Assembly (NCBI GenBank): GCA_963821095.1
Contig: CAWGCJ010000014.1
Coordinates: forward strand, 1,410 to 65,409
Direction: 5' to 3'
Length of the DNA stretch: 64,000 bases
DNA from: an uncultured Acidimicrobiia bacterium
Lineage (GTDB): Bacteria; Actinomycetota; Acidimicrobiia; Spongiisociales; UBA5794
This document shows, piece after piece, positions 18,249 to 28,500 of this stretch. The position numbers were made by a program, and so were the translations under genes. Each line of letters starts with the position of its first letter. Within the stretch, counting starts at the first letter, position 1. The notes beneath the pieces were generated by a model that saw only the letters and a list, made by a program, of their open reading frames with translations, searched no databases and was not told the origin of the DNA.

Positions 18249-20006
18249 GTGACTGCGGATGTGCTGCGTATCGCCAACTGCTCGGGTTTCTTCGGGGACC
18301 GTCATGCGGCGGCACGAGAGATGGTCGGTGGCGGTCCAATCGACGTGCTCACCGGCGACTACCTGGCCGAGCTGACTATGGCGATTCTGATGCGGCAACG
18401 GATGAAGGACCCGGCAGCCGGGTACGCCCGCACCTTCCTCACCCAGATGGAAGAGGTGCTCGCCGACTGCGTCGGGCGCGGCATCAAGGTGGTTGCCAAT
18501 GCAGGCGGGTTGAACCCAAGCGGGCTTGCCGCGGCGGTGCAGGAACTCGCCACCCGGCTCGGTGTCTCGATCACCGTGGCCACGGTCACCGGCGATGACC
18601 TCATGCCCCGAGCCGGCGAGTTGAGCGGCGAGCTCACCAACATGGCGACGGGGGAGCGCCTCGAAAACCGAGGGCTGACCTTGGTGACGGCCAACGCCTA
18701 TCTCGGCGGTTGGGGAATTGCAGCCGCGCTCTCTCGGGGCGCCGACGTCGTGGTGACGGGCAGGGTCACGGATGCCGCGCTCGTAGTCGGCCCGGCGGCT
18801 TGGCGATTCGGCTGGGAGCGAGACGATTGGGATGCCCTCGCCGGCGCCGTCGTCGCCGGGCATGTCATCGAGTGCGGCGCCCAGGCCACCGGCGGCAACT
18901 ACAGCTTCTTCGCCGAGGTGCCCGGCATCGACCGGCCCGGGTTCCCGATTGCCGAGGTCCACTCGGATGGGAGTTCGGTCATCACCAAACATCCCGGCAC
19001 CGGTGGACTCGTCTCGGTTGGCACGGTGACGGCACAACTTCTCTATGAGATCGGCCCTCCGGGCTACCTGAACCCGGATGTCGTGGCGAGGATCGACACT
19101 GTTGAACTCCATCAGGATGGGCCGGATCGAGTGGTGATCGCCGGCGTGAGGGGAGAGCCGCCGCCGCCGACGACCAAGGTGGCCGGCACTGCCCTGGCAG
19201 GCTTCCGCAACTCATTCACCTTTGTCCTCGCCGGGCTCGACATCGAGGCGAAGGCGGCGATGGTTGAGTCGGCGTTGTGGGCTGAACTCGGTGGCAAAGA
19301 GCGATTCACCGCCGTTGATGTGCAGTTGCTGCGCACCGACCAGGAGAACCCCGTCTCCAACGAGGCGGCCTTCGCTCACCTGAAAGTCACCGTGATGGAT
19401 CCGGACCGGCTCAAGGTCGGCCGTATGTTCTCCAATGCCGCCGTGGGCCTTGCGTTGGCCAACTACCCGGGGTTCACCATGACGGCTCCTCCGGGACCGG
19501 AGTCGCCAAACGTCGTGTACTGGCCTGCCCTCGTGGCCCAGCCGCCGAGCTTCGTCACCGTCGACGGCGAGACGGTCGAGGTTCCACCGACTGTGGCCGC
19601 TCGTGCCGCGACGGCCGTCGACCCGGGTCGACTCCCGGAGGTTGCTGCGTCGGCCTTGGCTGGCGATGACGTGGTGGTGGCCCCGATCGGCAGGGTGGTC
19701 GGGGCGCGGTCCGGCGACAAGGGCGGAGATGCCAACCTCGGCGTGTGGGCCCGCAACGACACCACATACGCGTGGCTCGATGCCTTCCTGACTACCGAGC
19801 GGCTGCAGGGACTGCTCCCGGAGACGGTCGGCCTCACCGTGGAACGGTACCGGCTACCGAACCTGCGAGCGATCAACTTCGTCCTAGTTGGGTTTCTCGG
19901 TGAGGGGGTGGCTTCTTCGTCCAAACTCGATCCGCAGGCGAAGAGTCTGGGGGAGTATTTCCGGGCGAAGCTGGTACCGATACCCGAGGGCCTACTCGCC
20001 TACTGA
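18249..20006 (+). CDS. AtuA-like (DUF1446) acyclic terpene utilisation family protein
   Basis: N-terminal LRIANCSGFFGDRHAAAREMVGGGPIDVLTGDYLAELTMAIL is characteristic of the family. Long form, 585 aa. Confidence 0.8.
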   Translation: MTADVLRIANCSGFFGDRHAAAREMVGGGPIDVLTGDYLAELTMAILMRQRMKDPAAGYARTFLTQMEEVLADCVGRGIKVVANAGGLNPSGLAAAVQELATRLGVSITVATVTGDDLMPRAGELSGELTNMATGERLENRGLTLVTANAYLGGWGIAAALSRGADVVVTGRVTDAALVVGPAAWRFGWERDDWDALAGAVVAGHVIECGAQATGGNYSFFAEVPGIDRPGFPIAEVHSDGSSVITKHPGTGGLVSVGTVTAQLLYEIGPPGYLNPDVVARIDTVELHQDGPDRVVIAGVRGEPPPPTTKVAGTALAGFRNSFTFVLAGLDIEAKAAMVESALWAELGGKERFTAVDVQLLRTDQENPVSNEAAFAHLKVTVMDPDRLKVGRMFSNAAVGLALANYPGFTMTAPPGPESPNVVYWPALVAQPPSFVTVDGETVEVPPTVAARAATAVDPGRLPEVAASALAGDDVVVAPIGRVVGARSGDKGGDANLGVWARNDTTYAWLDAFLTTERLQGLLPETVGLTVERYRLPNLRAINFVLVGFLGEGVASSSKLDPQAKSLGEYFRAKLVPIPEGLLAY

Positions 20007-20392
20007 GCGCCGCGTCCGATGCCGGCGCGCTTGAGGACCGCAGCCGGAACCCCGGCTTCACGCCATGCGGTGTAGGAGATCCCCTTGCGAGCGGAGTACG
20101 CCCCGGCGTATTCGACGAACCCGTCCTCGAGCGTTGCGAGGTCGGCCGCATCGGCCAGCTGGGCGAGCTGGGTTTCGATATCGATTCGCTGTTGGATCAG
20201 GTCGAGACGCTTCAGCGGATCCGTCTCGTCGCCGATGCGCACGTCGACCTGTTCGAGGCGATTGGTCAACGTTTCGGGGGTGACCGGGCGGCCGGGGCGC
20301 CGCGTCCCGAGTGCCTCGAGGTAGCGCTTCAGGGCCCGAGACTGGCGGCGACCTTCGGCGAGCGCTGCCTTGTGTTCATCTGACATGGCCAT
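20000..20392 (-). CDS. Hypothetical protein (coiled-coil plus basic C-terminal segment)
   Basis: 130-aa ORF with sensible composition. No family recognised. The 3' end overlaps the convergent atuA-like gene by 7 nt. Confidence 0.55.
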   Translation of the reverse strand: MAMSDEHKAALAEGRRQSRALKRYLEALGTRRPGRPVTPETLTNRLEQVDVRIGDETDPLKRLDLIQQRIDIETQLAQLADAADLATLEDGFVEYAGAYSARKGISYTAWREAGVPAAVLKRAGIGRGAQ

Positions 20393-20495
20393 GAAGTACC
20401 TCCGGGACAGGAAGAATCGGGTGCCCGGCCAATACTGGCACGGGAACGGAGCGTACGGGCCGGCTCGTTACTCCAATAGAGTGGGAGCAACTCCT

Positions 20496-21278
20496 ATGAA
20501 ACCAAAAGAGATCATCAAGCAACCGCTCTACCGGGTGTACGAGACCCGGCTGCTCGGTCACATGGATCGTTCCCGCTTGCCGCGGCACATCGGCGTGATT
20601 CACGATGGTCATCGGCGCTACGCCCGTGCCGAGCGGTTGCCCGACTACGCGGCCAGCTATCGGGTCGGTATGAGCAAGTTCATCGACTTCCTCCACTGGA
20701 CGGACGAATTGGAGATAGAGGCCGTCACCTGCTGGCTGCTGTCGACGGAGAACCTGGAGCGCCCGGCTGAGGAGCTGGAGCCCTACTACGACGTGCTGAT
20801 CGAGCTCTTCGAGAGCATTCCGGAGGCGGTGCAGGGTCACGATGTGAAGGTTGCCTTCATCGGAAGTCTTGATTTGCTGCCGGCTCGGCTGGTCGAGGCG
20901 GCCAAGCGTCTCTCTGAGAAGTGCGGAACCGGAAAACGCAGGATCACGATCGCCCTCGCCTACGGCGGCAGGCAGGAGATCATCGACGCCGTGCGCGATC
21001 TGGTCGGCAAGTTGGCTGCGAACGGTGCCGCGCCGGAAGAGATCGCCGCCGGGATCGACGCCACCTCGTTGGCCAGCCATCTCTACACCGCAGACCTCCC
21101 CGACCCCGACCTCGTCATCCGTACCAGCGGCGAAGCCAGACTCTCCGGCTTTCTGCTGTGGCAATCTGCCTACGCGGAGTACTCGTTTGTCGATGTGTAC
21201 TGGCCGGCCTTCCGGCGGGTCGATTTTCTCAGGGCGTTGCGCGATTTCTCCCTGCGCAATCGTCGCTACGGCAAGTAG
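20496..21278 (+). CDS. cis-Prenyltransferase (UppS / isoprenyl transferase family)
   Basis: RTSGEARLSGFLLWQSAYAEYSF and the C-terminal RRYG are typical of the family. The first catalytic motif reads IHDGHRRYA rather than the usual MDGNGRWA. The ATG at 20496 follows GGGAG. Confidence 0.85.
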   Translation: MKPKEIIKQPLYRVYETRLLGHMDRSRLPRHIGVIHDGHRRYARAERLPDYAASYRVGMSKFIDFLHWTDELEIEAVTCWLLSTENLERPAEELEPYYDVLIELFESIPEAVQGHDVKVAFIGSLDLLPARLVEAAKRLSEKCGTGKRRITIALAYGGRQEIIDAVRDLVGKLAANGAAPEEIAAGIDATSLASHLYTADLPDPDLVIRTSGEARLSGFLLWQSAYAEYSFVDVYWPAFRRVDFLRALRDFSLRNRRYGK

Positions 21279-21294
21279 CCCGTAGCCTGCCGAG

Positions 21295-22641
21295 ATGCGT
21301 TTGCTCATTGCCGTGGCGTGTTGTCTTGTCCTCGCGGCGTGCACGTCTTCGACCGACGACGCGGCCGAGGAATCCCCGGCTACTGCAGCGCCGACCGCAA
21401 CACTGGCACCGACCACAACGACGACCACGCTCCCACCCCGGCAGGCGTTGTGCCTCTCCGCCGCCGAGCAACTGGCGGTCCACGGTGGCGTCGCCATCCA
21501 CGTCACCGATATGGCGGGCCAGGAGCTCGGCGTATTCGGCGCCGACGACGAGATCCTTGCTGACGTAGCGCCGGTCGGATCCGAATTGCGGTTCACCTAT
21601 CACGCTCCAGACGGGACACCAACCGAGGTGAGTTGGACGCAGACGGTGGCAGGCGATCCCGGGTGGGATGAGGTCGAGCAGCCCTGGCGAGAAGATGGTG
21701 TTGCGGAACAGATCGTGCTCGGCTGGCAGGTCGGCACCAATCAACAGACCCACCTCGGTCAGCTGGCGGCGGCGCCGCAGGTGAACGTGGTCTCGCCGAT
21801 CTGGTGGCACATCGTGGACGACGGGTCGCTCGAAGACCGATCCAACCCGGATTACGTCGCGGCAGCCGCCGAACGCGGTGTCACGTTGTGGCCGGCAATC
21901 CAATCGTTGGACGCCGAGGCTGTCGCGGCGTTCTTGACAGGTGACGGTGGGCCTCAGGCGGCGGCCGCTGACGTTGCGGCCCGTGCCGCCGCGGCCGGCG
22001 TGGCCGGGGTCAACGTCGACATCGAGGGTTACAACGCCGACGAGGCGCAGCTCGTCGTCGAGTTTGTCTCCGGGCTCACCGAACGCGTCCACGAGTGGGG
22101 TGGTGTGGTGTCGGTCGATGTGGTGCCCCGGTCCGATCTGTGGGAGGTCACGCCGGAATCGTACGAGTTCTGGTCGACCGCGCCGCTGCGCCGTGAGCTG
22201 GCAGCAGCCTCGGACTTCGTGATCCTGATGGCGTACGACCAGCACAACCCGCTCCGCCCGGCGGGTCCGGTGGCCGACCCCGGGTGGGTCGAAGAGGTGC
22301 TGGCCTATGAGTTGCGTTACTCCGATCCTCACCGGGTGATCCTTGGGGTGCCGATGTACGGGCGGATATGGAACGAAGCGGACATCGACTCGCCCCGGGC
22401 CGTTGGTATCGGCGCCATCGTCGCTACGGCCGCCGCCGGCGAGGTGCAGAACGACCCCCAGTTCTTGGTCCCGCGGGTGGAACTTGGCGACGGTCGCTTC
22501 ACCTGGCTCGAGGACTACACCGCGTTCAGAGTCCGCGCCGGCCTGGTGCCCGAGTACGGGCTGAGCGGCTGGGCGGCGTGGCGACTCGGCCTCGATACAC
22601 CGGAGGCGTGGAACCAGTTGAACCCCATGTTGGACGGCTGA
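21295..22641 (+). CDS. Lipoprotein with GH18-like (YaaH/YdhD-type peptidoglycan hydrolase-like) domain
   Basis: Lipobox LVLAAC, then a Thr-rich linker. The GH18-type catalytic strand is GVNVDIEGY (D-x-E retained). Confidence 0.7.
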   Translation: MRLLIAVACCLVLAACTSSTDDAAEESPATAAPTATLAPTTTTTTLPPRQALCLSAAEQLAVHGGVAIHVTDMAGQELGVFGADDEILADVAPVGSELRFTYHAPDGTPTEVSWTQTVAGDPGWDEVEQPWREDGVAEQIVLGWQVGTNQQTHLGQLAAAPQVNVVSPIWWHIVDDGSLEDRSNPDYVAAAAERGVTLWPAIQSLDAEAVAAFLTGDGGPQAAAADVAARAAAAGVAGVNVDIEGYNADEAQLVVEFVSGLTERVHEWGGVVSVDVVPRSDLWEVTPESYEFWSTAPLRRELAAASDFVILMAYDQHNPLRPAGPVADPGWVEEVLAYELRYSDPHRVILGVPMYGRIWNEADIDSPRAVGIGAIVATAAAGEVQNDPQFLVPRVELGDGRFTWLEDYTAFRVRAGLVPEYGLSGWAAWRLGLDTPEAWNQLNPMLDG

Positions 22642-22656
22642 GTGCCGAGGGTCTGG

Positions 22657-23343
22657 TCACCGAGTCCGCAGCGAAGGCATTAGGTGTTCCTGATCGTTGA
22701 ACGCCCGCAAGCTGAAGACGTGCTCGCCGGCCAGTGGCACCGTGCTGATGCGGGCCAGCGAGGCGTGGCCGAGCACGAAGCGCTCCCACTCCCATGGCGT
22801 TGGTTCGGCGCCGAGCAGGAATCCAAGTGCGGTCGAGTTGGTACCGGCGTGGGCAACGATCACGATCCGCTTCGGGTCCGTGTCCACGTGCCAGAGGTGG
22901 GGTCGCCCGCGGTCGTCGGGCCTGACGGACCGGTCGGCGAGGATCCGGGTCATCGCCGAGGTGATCCGATCGTGGAAATCGCGGAAGCGCTCGCCTCCGG
23001 CGAGGCCCTCCCACCATTCTTCAGGGCTGCGGTCCCGGCTCTCGGCGAAGATTCGGTGTACATCCTCGGCCTTGATGCCTTGCCACTCGGGCAGCCGCAA
23101 TTCGGTGAGCCCATCGATGGTCGTCGGCGTGATCCCGGTCGCCTCCACCAGCGGTGCCGCGGTCTGCTGAGCTCGCAGCGCCGGCGAAACCAGGATCTCG
23201 CTGATTGGAGTCGTGTCGTTGGCAAGCCGCTCCGCGGCGAGGCGAGCCTGTTGCTCCCCGAGTTCGGTGAGGTACGGATTGGATTGGTTCAGCTCGTCGA
23301 CGCTCCACGCCGGCTGTCCATGACGGATGAAGATGAATTCCAT
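22657..23343 (-). CDS. Histidine phosphatase (phosphoglycerate mutase-like) family protein
   Basis: N-terminal FIFIRHGQ catalytic RHG motif and a later VIVAHAGT. I prefer the ATG at 23343. Confidence 0.85.
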   Translation of the reverse strand: MEFIFIRHGQPAWSVDELNQSNPYLTELGEQQARLAAERLANDTTPISEILVSPALRAQQTAAPLVEATGITPTTIDGLTELRLPEWQGIKAEDVHRIFAESRDRSPEEWWEGLAGGERFRDFHDRITSAMTRILADRSVRPDDRGRPHLWHVDTDPKRIVIVAHAGTNSTALGFLLGAEPTPWEWERFVLGHASLARISTVPLAGEHVFSLRAFNDQEHLMPSLRTR

Positions 23344-23573
23344 GGCCGAGAGAGTACTGAGCCGCCACCCCAATCACCCGCCCCCAGCGCCGAAACCCAC
23401 CCGTTCCTGCGTGGTTGGCGTACGCGGTTTCTAGTACCTGAGCCACGCCGGAACAGGTAAGGGACCCTGCAAATGAATCGAAGCCGCCAAATTGGCGGCT
23501 CCGATTCGGGCTTAGACGGGAGGTAGGAAGGCATCCTGTCTGACTACGCTATCGGCACTCCGCACCACGAACC

Positions 23574-24134
23574 TTGAGAGGTTTCTTGGAGAACTTCGAG
23601 AATTCCCGAAAAGCCCTGGTCACGCATCTCAGAACACACGCGCTGCGGACGGATGGACCCTTTGTTTTGGCGTCCGGCGAAGTGTCCGACTGGTACGTCG
23701 ACGGCCGTCAGACCACATTCGATGGCTACGGAGCCCGCCTGGTTGGTGCCTGCATCGCTGCGCTTCTCGACGATGAGGTGACTGCCGTCGGCGGGATGAC
23801 GATGGGCGCCGATCCGATTGCGGTTGCCGCCGCCGTGATGGCGGAGCGGCCCCTCAAAGCGTTCTCCGTTCGGAAGGCCGCCAAGAACCACGGAACGGGC
23901 GGTCGCCTGGTTGGGCCGGTGGGACCCGACGACCGAGTCGCCGTGGTCGAGGATGCCACCACGACGGGTGCGTCCGCTGCCGCCGCTATCGCCGCGCTGC
24001 GTGGAGAGGGTGTTGCCGTGATCCAGGCGATCACGCTCGTCGACCGCTCGTTCGGAGCTGCCGGCGCGGTCATGGAGGAACTCGGAGTACCGTTCCTTTC
24101 TGTGGTGACCCTCGAAGACCTCGGCGTCGAGTGA
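23574..24134 (+). CDS. pyrE: Orotate phosphoribosyltransferase
   Basis: FVLASGEVSDWYVDGR and the PRPP-binding loop VAVVEDATTTGAS. Confidence 0.9.
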   Translation: MRGFLENFENSRKALVTHLRTHALRTDGPFVLASGEVSDWYVDGRQTTFDGYGARLVGACIAALLDDEVTAVGGMTMGADPIAVAAAVMAERPLKAFSVRKAAKNHGTGGRLVGPVGPDDRVAVVEDATTTGASAAAAIAALRGEGVAVIQAITLVDRSFGAAGAVMEELGVPFLSVVTLEDLGVE

Positions 24135-24736
24135 TGGAACGCTTCAGCGTTGACCGCTCGCCCCTCCGCCAGTTCGTGATGGGACTGGTGGGTTTGCTGT
24201 TGATCTTGTCCGCCATCGAACTCGTGTGGGTGCACCAGATCACCCTGGAGCCCGAGACCGACGACTCCGGCCAGCTGACGACCCGGGGTCAAGCGCGACG
24301 CAGGGTCGACCTGATTTGGGGCAGCGCCTTCCTCGTCACCGGAACGGGCTTGCTCCTGGTTTCGCTCATTGGCTTGGTTCGGCACGAGTCGGTGGTCGAA
24401 GCCACCGACGATGGCCTGCGACTCAGGCTTGCCGGCCCGCAGGGGATGATCTCGATCCCGTGGGGTGAGGTGATTGCAGTGCGCTCCGGAAGCGTCAGCG
24501 AAGACGCCCGGGTGGCGGTGCCGGTCCTCTACGTCGACGTCGCGGATGCCAACGCATTTCCGGCCGAGCTGTGGGGCGGCGAGTGGGAGGGCAACACCAT
24601 GCGGGTTGATGCCGAATCGTGGGCGGTTGCTCCCGAGGAGGTGGCTGTTCGTGCCCAGATTGCGCTCGACCGCTACCGCCGCGACAACGGGGATCTCGTG
24701 GTCGACGAGGACGGGAAGCCGGCGCCGTACGTCTGA
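24131..24736 (+). CDS. Hypothetical membrane protein (2 TM plus PH-like soluble domain)
   Basis: Two hydrophobic helices, then [25 protein letters not shown]. The GTG/ATG start overlaps the pyrE stop. Confidence 0.6.
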   Translation: MMERFSVDRSPLRQFVMGLVGLLLILSAIELVWVHQITLEPETDDSGQLTTRGQARRRVDLIWGSAFLVTGTGLLLVSLIGLVRHESVVEATDDGLRLRLAGPQGMISIPWGEVIAVRSGSVSEDARVAVPVLYVDVADANAFPAELWGGEWEGNTMRVDAESWAVAPEEVAVRAQIALDRYRRDNGDLVVDEDGKPAPYV

Positions 24737-24774
24737 GCCGCCGGGATGTCTCGCCGGGCGGGTACCGTGAGACC

Positions 24775-25539
24775 ATGCTGATTGGATCCCATGTCTCGCC
24801 TCAGGACCCACTCGGCGAAGCGAAGTCTCGCAACGCCGACGTGGTCCAGATCTTCCTGTCGAACCCACAGTCCTACAAGGCCCCCAAGCCGCGTGAGGAT
24901 GCCGAAGCGCTCAAGTCGTCCGGCCTGCCGATCTACGTGCACGCGCCGTACATCATGAATCCGGTGTCGCCGAACAATCGGATCCGGATTCCGAGCCGCA
25001 AGACCTTGGCGCAGATCATGGAGGCGGCCGGCGACATCGGTGCGGCTGGCGTGGTCGTGCACGGCGGCCACGTCGGCGACGACGAGGACATCGCCGTCGG
25101 CTTCGAGCGCTGGCGCAAGGTGTTCGAGTACGGGGACGGCGGATGGGAGGTCCCGCTGCTCATCGAGAACACAGCCGGTGGCGGGCATGCCGTGGCGCGC
25201 GACCTCGCCAGCTACGGGCCGCTGTGGGCCGAGATCGGCGAGTTCAACGTCGGAGTCGTGCTCGACACATGCCACGCCTGGGCCGCAGGTCAGGATCTTG
25301 GGGTTGCCGTCGAAACCCTACGCGACCTGACCGGGCGGGTTGACCTGGTGCACTGCAACGACTCGCGCGATCCGTTTGATAGTCGCCGTGACCGTCACAC
25401 CAACCTCGGTAGGGGTGAAATCCCCGAGGAGCTCATTGTGGGCGTGGTGCGGGCGGCGGATGCACCGGTGGTCGTGGAGACCCCCGACGACGACGGCGGA
25501 CAAGCCGCCGACATCGCCTGGCTGCGGGATCGGGTCTAG
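24775..25539 (+). CDS. nfo: Deoxyribonuclease IV (endonuclease IV, AP endonuclease family 2)
   Basis: MLIGSHVS start, [27 protein letters not shown] and HCNDS metal-site motifs. Confidence 0.9.
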   Translation: MLIGSHVSPQDPLGEAKSRNADVVQIFLSNPQSYKAPKPREDAEALKSSGLPIYVHAPYIMNPVSPNNRIRIPSRKTLAQIMEAAGDIGAAGVVVHGGHVGDDEDIAVGFERWRKVFEYGDGGWEVPLLIENTAGGGHAVARDLASYGPLWAEIGEFNVGVVLDTCHAWAAGQDLGVAVETLRDLTGRVDLVHCNDSRDPFDSRRDRHTNLGRGEIPEELIVGVVRAADAPVVVETPDDDGGQAADIAWLRDRV

Positions 25540-25575
25540 AGCGCGGTCCGTGGCGCGTTGAGTAGCCTCAACTGC

Positions 25576-28500
25576 ATGGAATGCCAAGCGTGTGGGGCCG
25601 GAAACGAGCCTGGATTCAGCTTCTGCTCTAATTGCGGAAGCGCTCTGGCTCGAGCATGTCCAGCGTGCCGGACCTCGAATGGTCCCGATTTCAACTTCTG
25701 CTCGAACTGTGGAGCGTCGTTGGCTGGGGGATCAGCCGGAGATGACGAAGCTGCGACGGGCGTCCAGCCACCGGAGGATGCCGGAGAGCGTCGCTTTGTG
25801 TCGGTTCTGTTCGCCGACCTCGTCGGCTTCACCGCCTTCTCCGAGTCCCGGGACCCCGAAGAGGTGCGAGCAATGCTCACTCGGTACTTCGATCTGGCTC
25901 GGCAGGTTGTGAGCCGATTTGGCGGCGAGATCGACAAGTTCATCGGCGACGCCGTGACTGGGTTCTGGGGTACCCGAGTAGCCCTCGAGGATGATGCCGA
26001 GCGTGCCGTCCGAGCCGCGCTGGAACTGGTCGGCGCCGTTGCCGATCTGGGAAAGGACCTCGACATCCCAGAACTGAGCCTGCGCGTCGGCGTCCTTTCG
26101 GGCGAGACGAGTGTCGGCGCCGGCGGAAACGAGATAGGTCTCGTTGTCGGCGACATCGTCAACACGGCCTCGCGGTTGCAGTCGATGGCGGAGCCCAATT
26201 CTGTCTACGTCGGCGATTCGACCCGGGCGCTCGCTGCTTCATCTATTCGATACGAGCCGGTAGGGGAGCTCGACATGAAGGGCAAGACCTCGCCGGTCAC
26301 CGCGTGGCGGGCCGCGGAGATCGTGGCCGAACGTGGTGGACGTGGCCGTGCGGAAGGTGTTGAGCCGCCGTTTGTCGGCCGGGAATACGAGCTGCGGCTA
26401 CTGAAGGACCAACTCCACGCCACGATGGATGAAGGACGAGCCCGGCTGATCTCCTTGGTCGGAGAGGGCGGCATCGGCAAGAGCCGGCTTGCGTGGGAGC
26501 TGTTGAAATATGTCGACGGTCTCGCCGACGTGGTCTATTGGCACCACGGGCGATCGCCCGCCTACGGGGACGGAGTGACGTTCTGGGCTCTCGGGGAGAT
26601 GGTGCGCCAGCGCGCCCGTATTGCGGAGACGGATGATCAGCATCGCGCGGCCACCAAGCTACGCACCACCGTCGCCCAGTATGTGTCCGATCCCGAAGCC
26701 AATGATTGGATCGGACCTCGCGTTGCCGGCCTGCTCGGGTTGGAGGCGATGCCTGACGGCGAACAGGCTGAGCTCTTTGCGGCGTGGCGCAGCTTCTTCC
26801 AGCACGTGGCCGAACATGGTCCGACAGTCCTCGTCTTCGAAGACCTGCATTGGGCCGATGAGGGCTTGCTCGACTTCATCATCGAGTTGGTGAAGCGGTC
26901 GTCCGGGTATCCGATCCTCGTGATCACTCTGAGCCGCCCCTCCTTGTTGGAGCGATCTCCCGACTGGGGCGCAGCGCGCCGCGGCTTCATGTCGGCCCAC
27001 CTCGCGCCTCTGGCCGACGGAGACGTCGCCATCTTGGTTCGGGGGATGGCTCCTGGGATCCTTGCCGACACCGTCGACTTGGTTGTGAATGCCGCCGCCG
27101 GCATCCCGCTCTACGCAGTTGAGTATGTGCGCATGTTGGTCGCTGGCGGCGACCTGATCGACGACGGCACCGGGTTTCGTCAAACGGCGGAGGTTGACTC
27201 CCTTTCCGTCCCTGATTCACTGCACGCCGTTGTGGCGGCGCGCATCGACCGGCTCGGATCCGACGAACGAGCCGTTGTCCAGGACGCCGCCGTCTTGGGG
27301 CAATCATTTACGCTCGATGGTTTGGCGGCGCTATCTGGTCGATCCGAGGACGAGTTGGATCGGATCGTGTCCCAGTTGGTGCGCGCCGAGATTCTCCACT
27401 ACGACGATGACCCGCGTTCGCCCGAACGCGGCCAGCACAAGTTCGTCCAGGGCGTGATCCGCGAGGTCGCCTACGGACGGTTGTCTCGCGGTGATCGAAA
27501 GAGCCGGCACATCGCGGTGGCCCACCACTACGAGGGAGGCGGAGCCGTTGAGTTCGCCGCCATCGTGGCCGACCACTACATGAGAGCGCTCCAGATCGAA
27601 CCCGACGAGGCCCTTGCTTCGGCGGCGCGGGCATCGATGCTGGCGGCGGCTCAGAGGGCGTTTGACTTACACGCCCACCGGCAGGCCCTGACCCTGGTGC
27701 GCCGCGGGCTTGACATCCCAGGTGAGGATGCCGGCCGGGTTGCGCTGTGGGAGCTGGGTGCACTGGCCGCTAGTCACGTCTCCGAGGGCGACGTTGCGGT
27801 CGGCATGGCGACTGAGGCCCTCGGATGGCATGAGGGTCATGCCGACAGCAGCGGGGTGGTGCGGGCGGCTCGCATCCTGGGCTATGCCCTGTTGTCTCTC
27901 GATCAGCCCGCAGACGCCCTTGAAGCGATGGGTCCCTACTTTGTGCCCGGCGAGGGGGCAGCTGCGGAAATGACAAGGCTGGGGGCGGAACTCGCCCGTG
28001 CGCACATGCTGGCGGGAAACTCGCAAGCCTCGGCGGACGTAGCCCGCGACACCATGGTTGCTGCTGAAGCTGCCGGCGACCTGGAGGTCGTGGTCGAGAC
28101 GCTCAACACGAGGGGGACTGCCCTGCTGAGCCTGGGTCGACTCCAGGAATCGCTGGCTCTGCTGGCCGGAGCCATACAGTTGGCGGCCGAATTGGACTCT
28201 CCGCTCTCCGAGGTGAGGGCCCTCAACAACTATGGAGTATCCGCGGCGGCCCAGGGGCTGGTCGCAGATCCTTTGCTAGCGCAGCGCTTCTTCGAGATGA
28301 CGCAACGACTCGGGATCTCCGATTTTGAGCTCCGCGGAGCGATCTGGAAGTCACAGGAGTTGCGCCTCGCAGGGGACTTCGCCGACGCCGTTGCCTTTTT
28401 TGAGAGCCTCGAGCTGCCGCCGGCGTCAATGTGGGGTCGCGTCATGGGGGCAGATGCAGCAACTTCGCGGTGGGCGTCGACGAACGACGACGCGGTCCTT

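Noticed and set aside
17445-19112. 555-aa minus-strand ORF spanning the hemolysin-III and AtuA-like region
   Set aside because: It is out of frame with the hemolysin III gene and antisense to the AtuA-like gene. Arg/Pro/His-rich junk.
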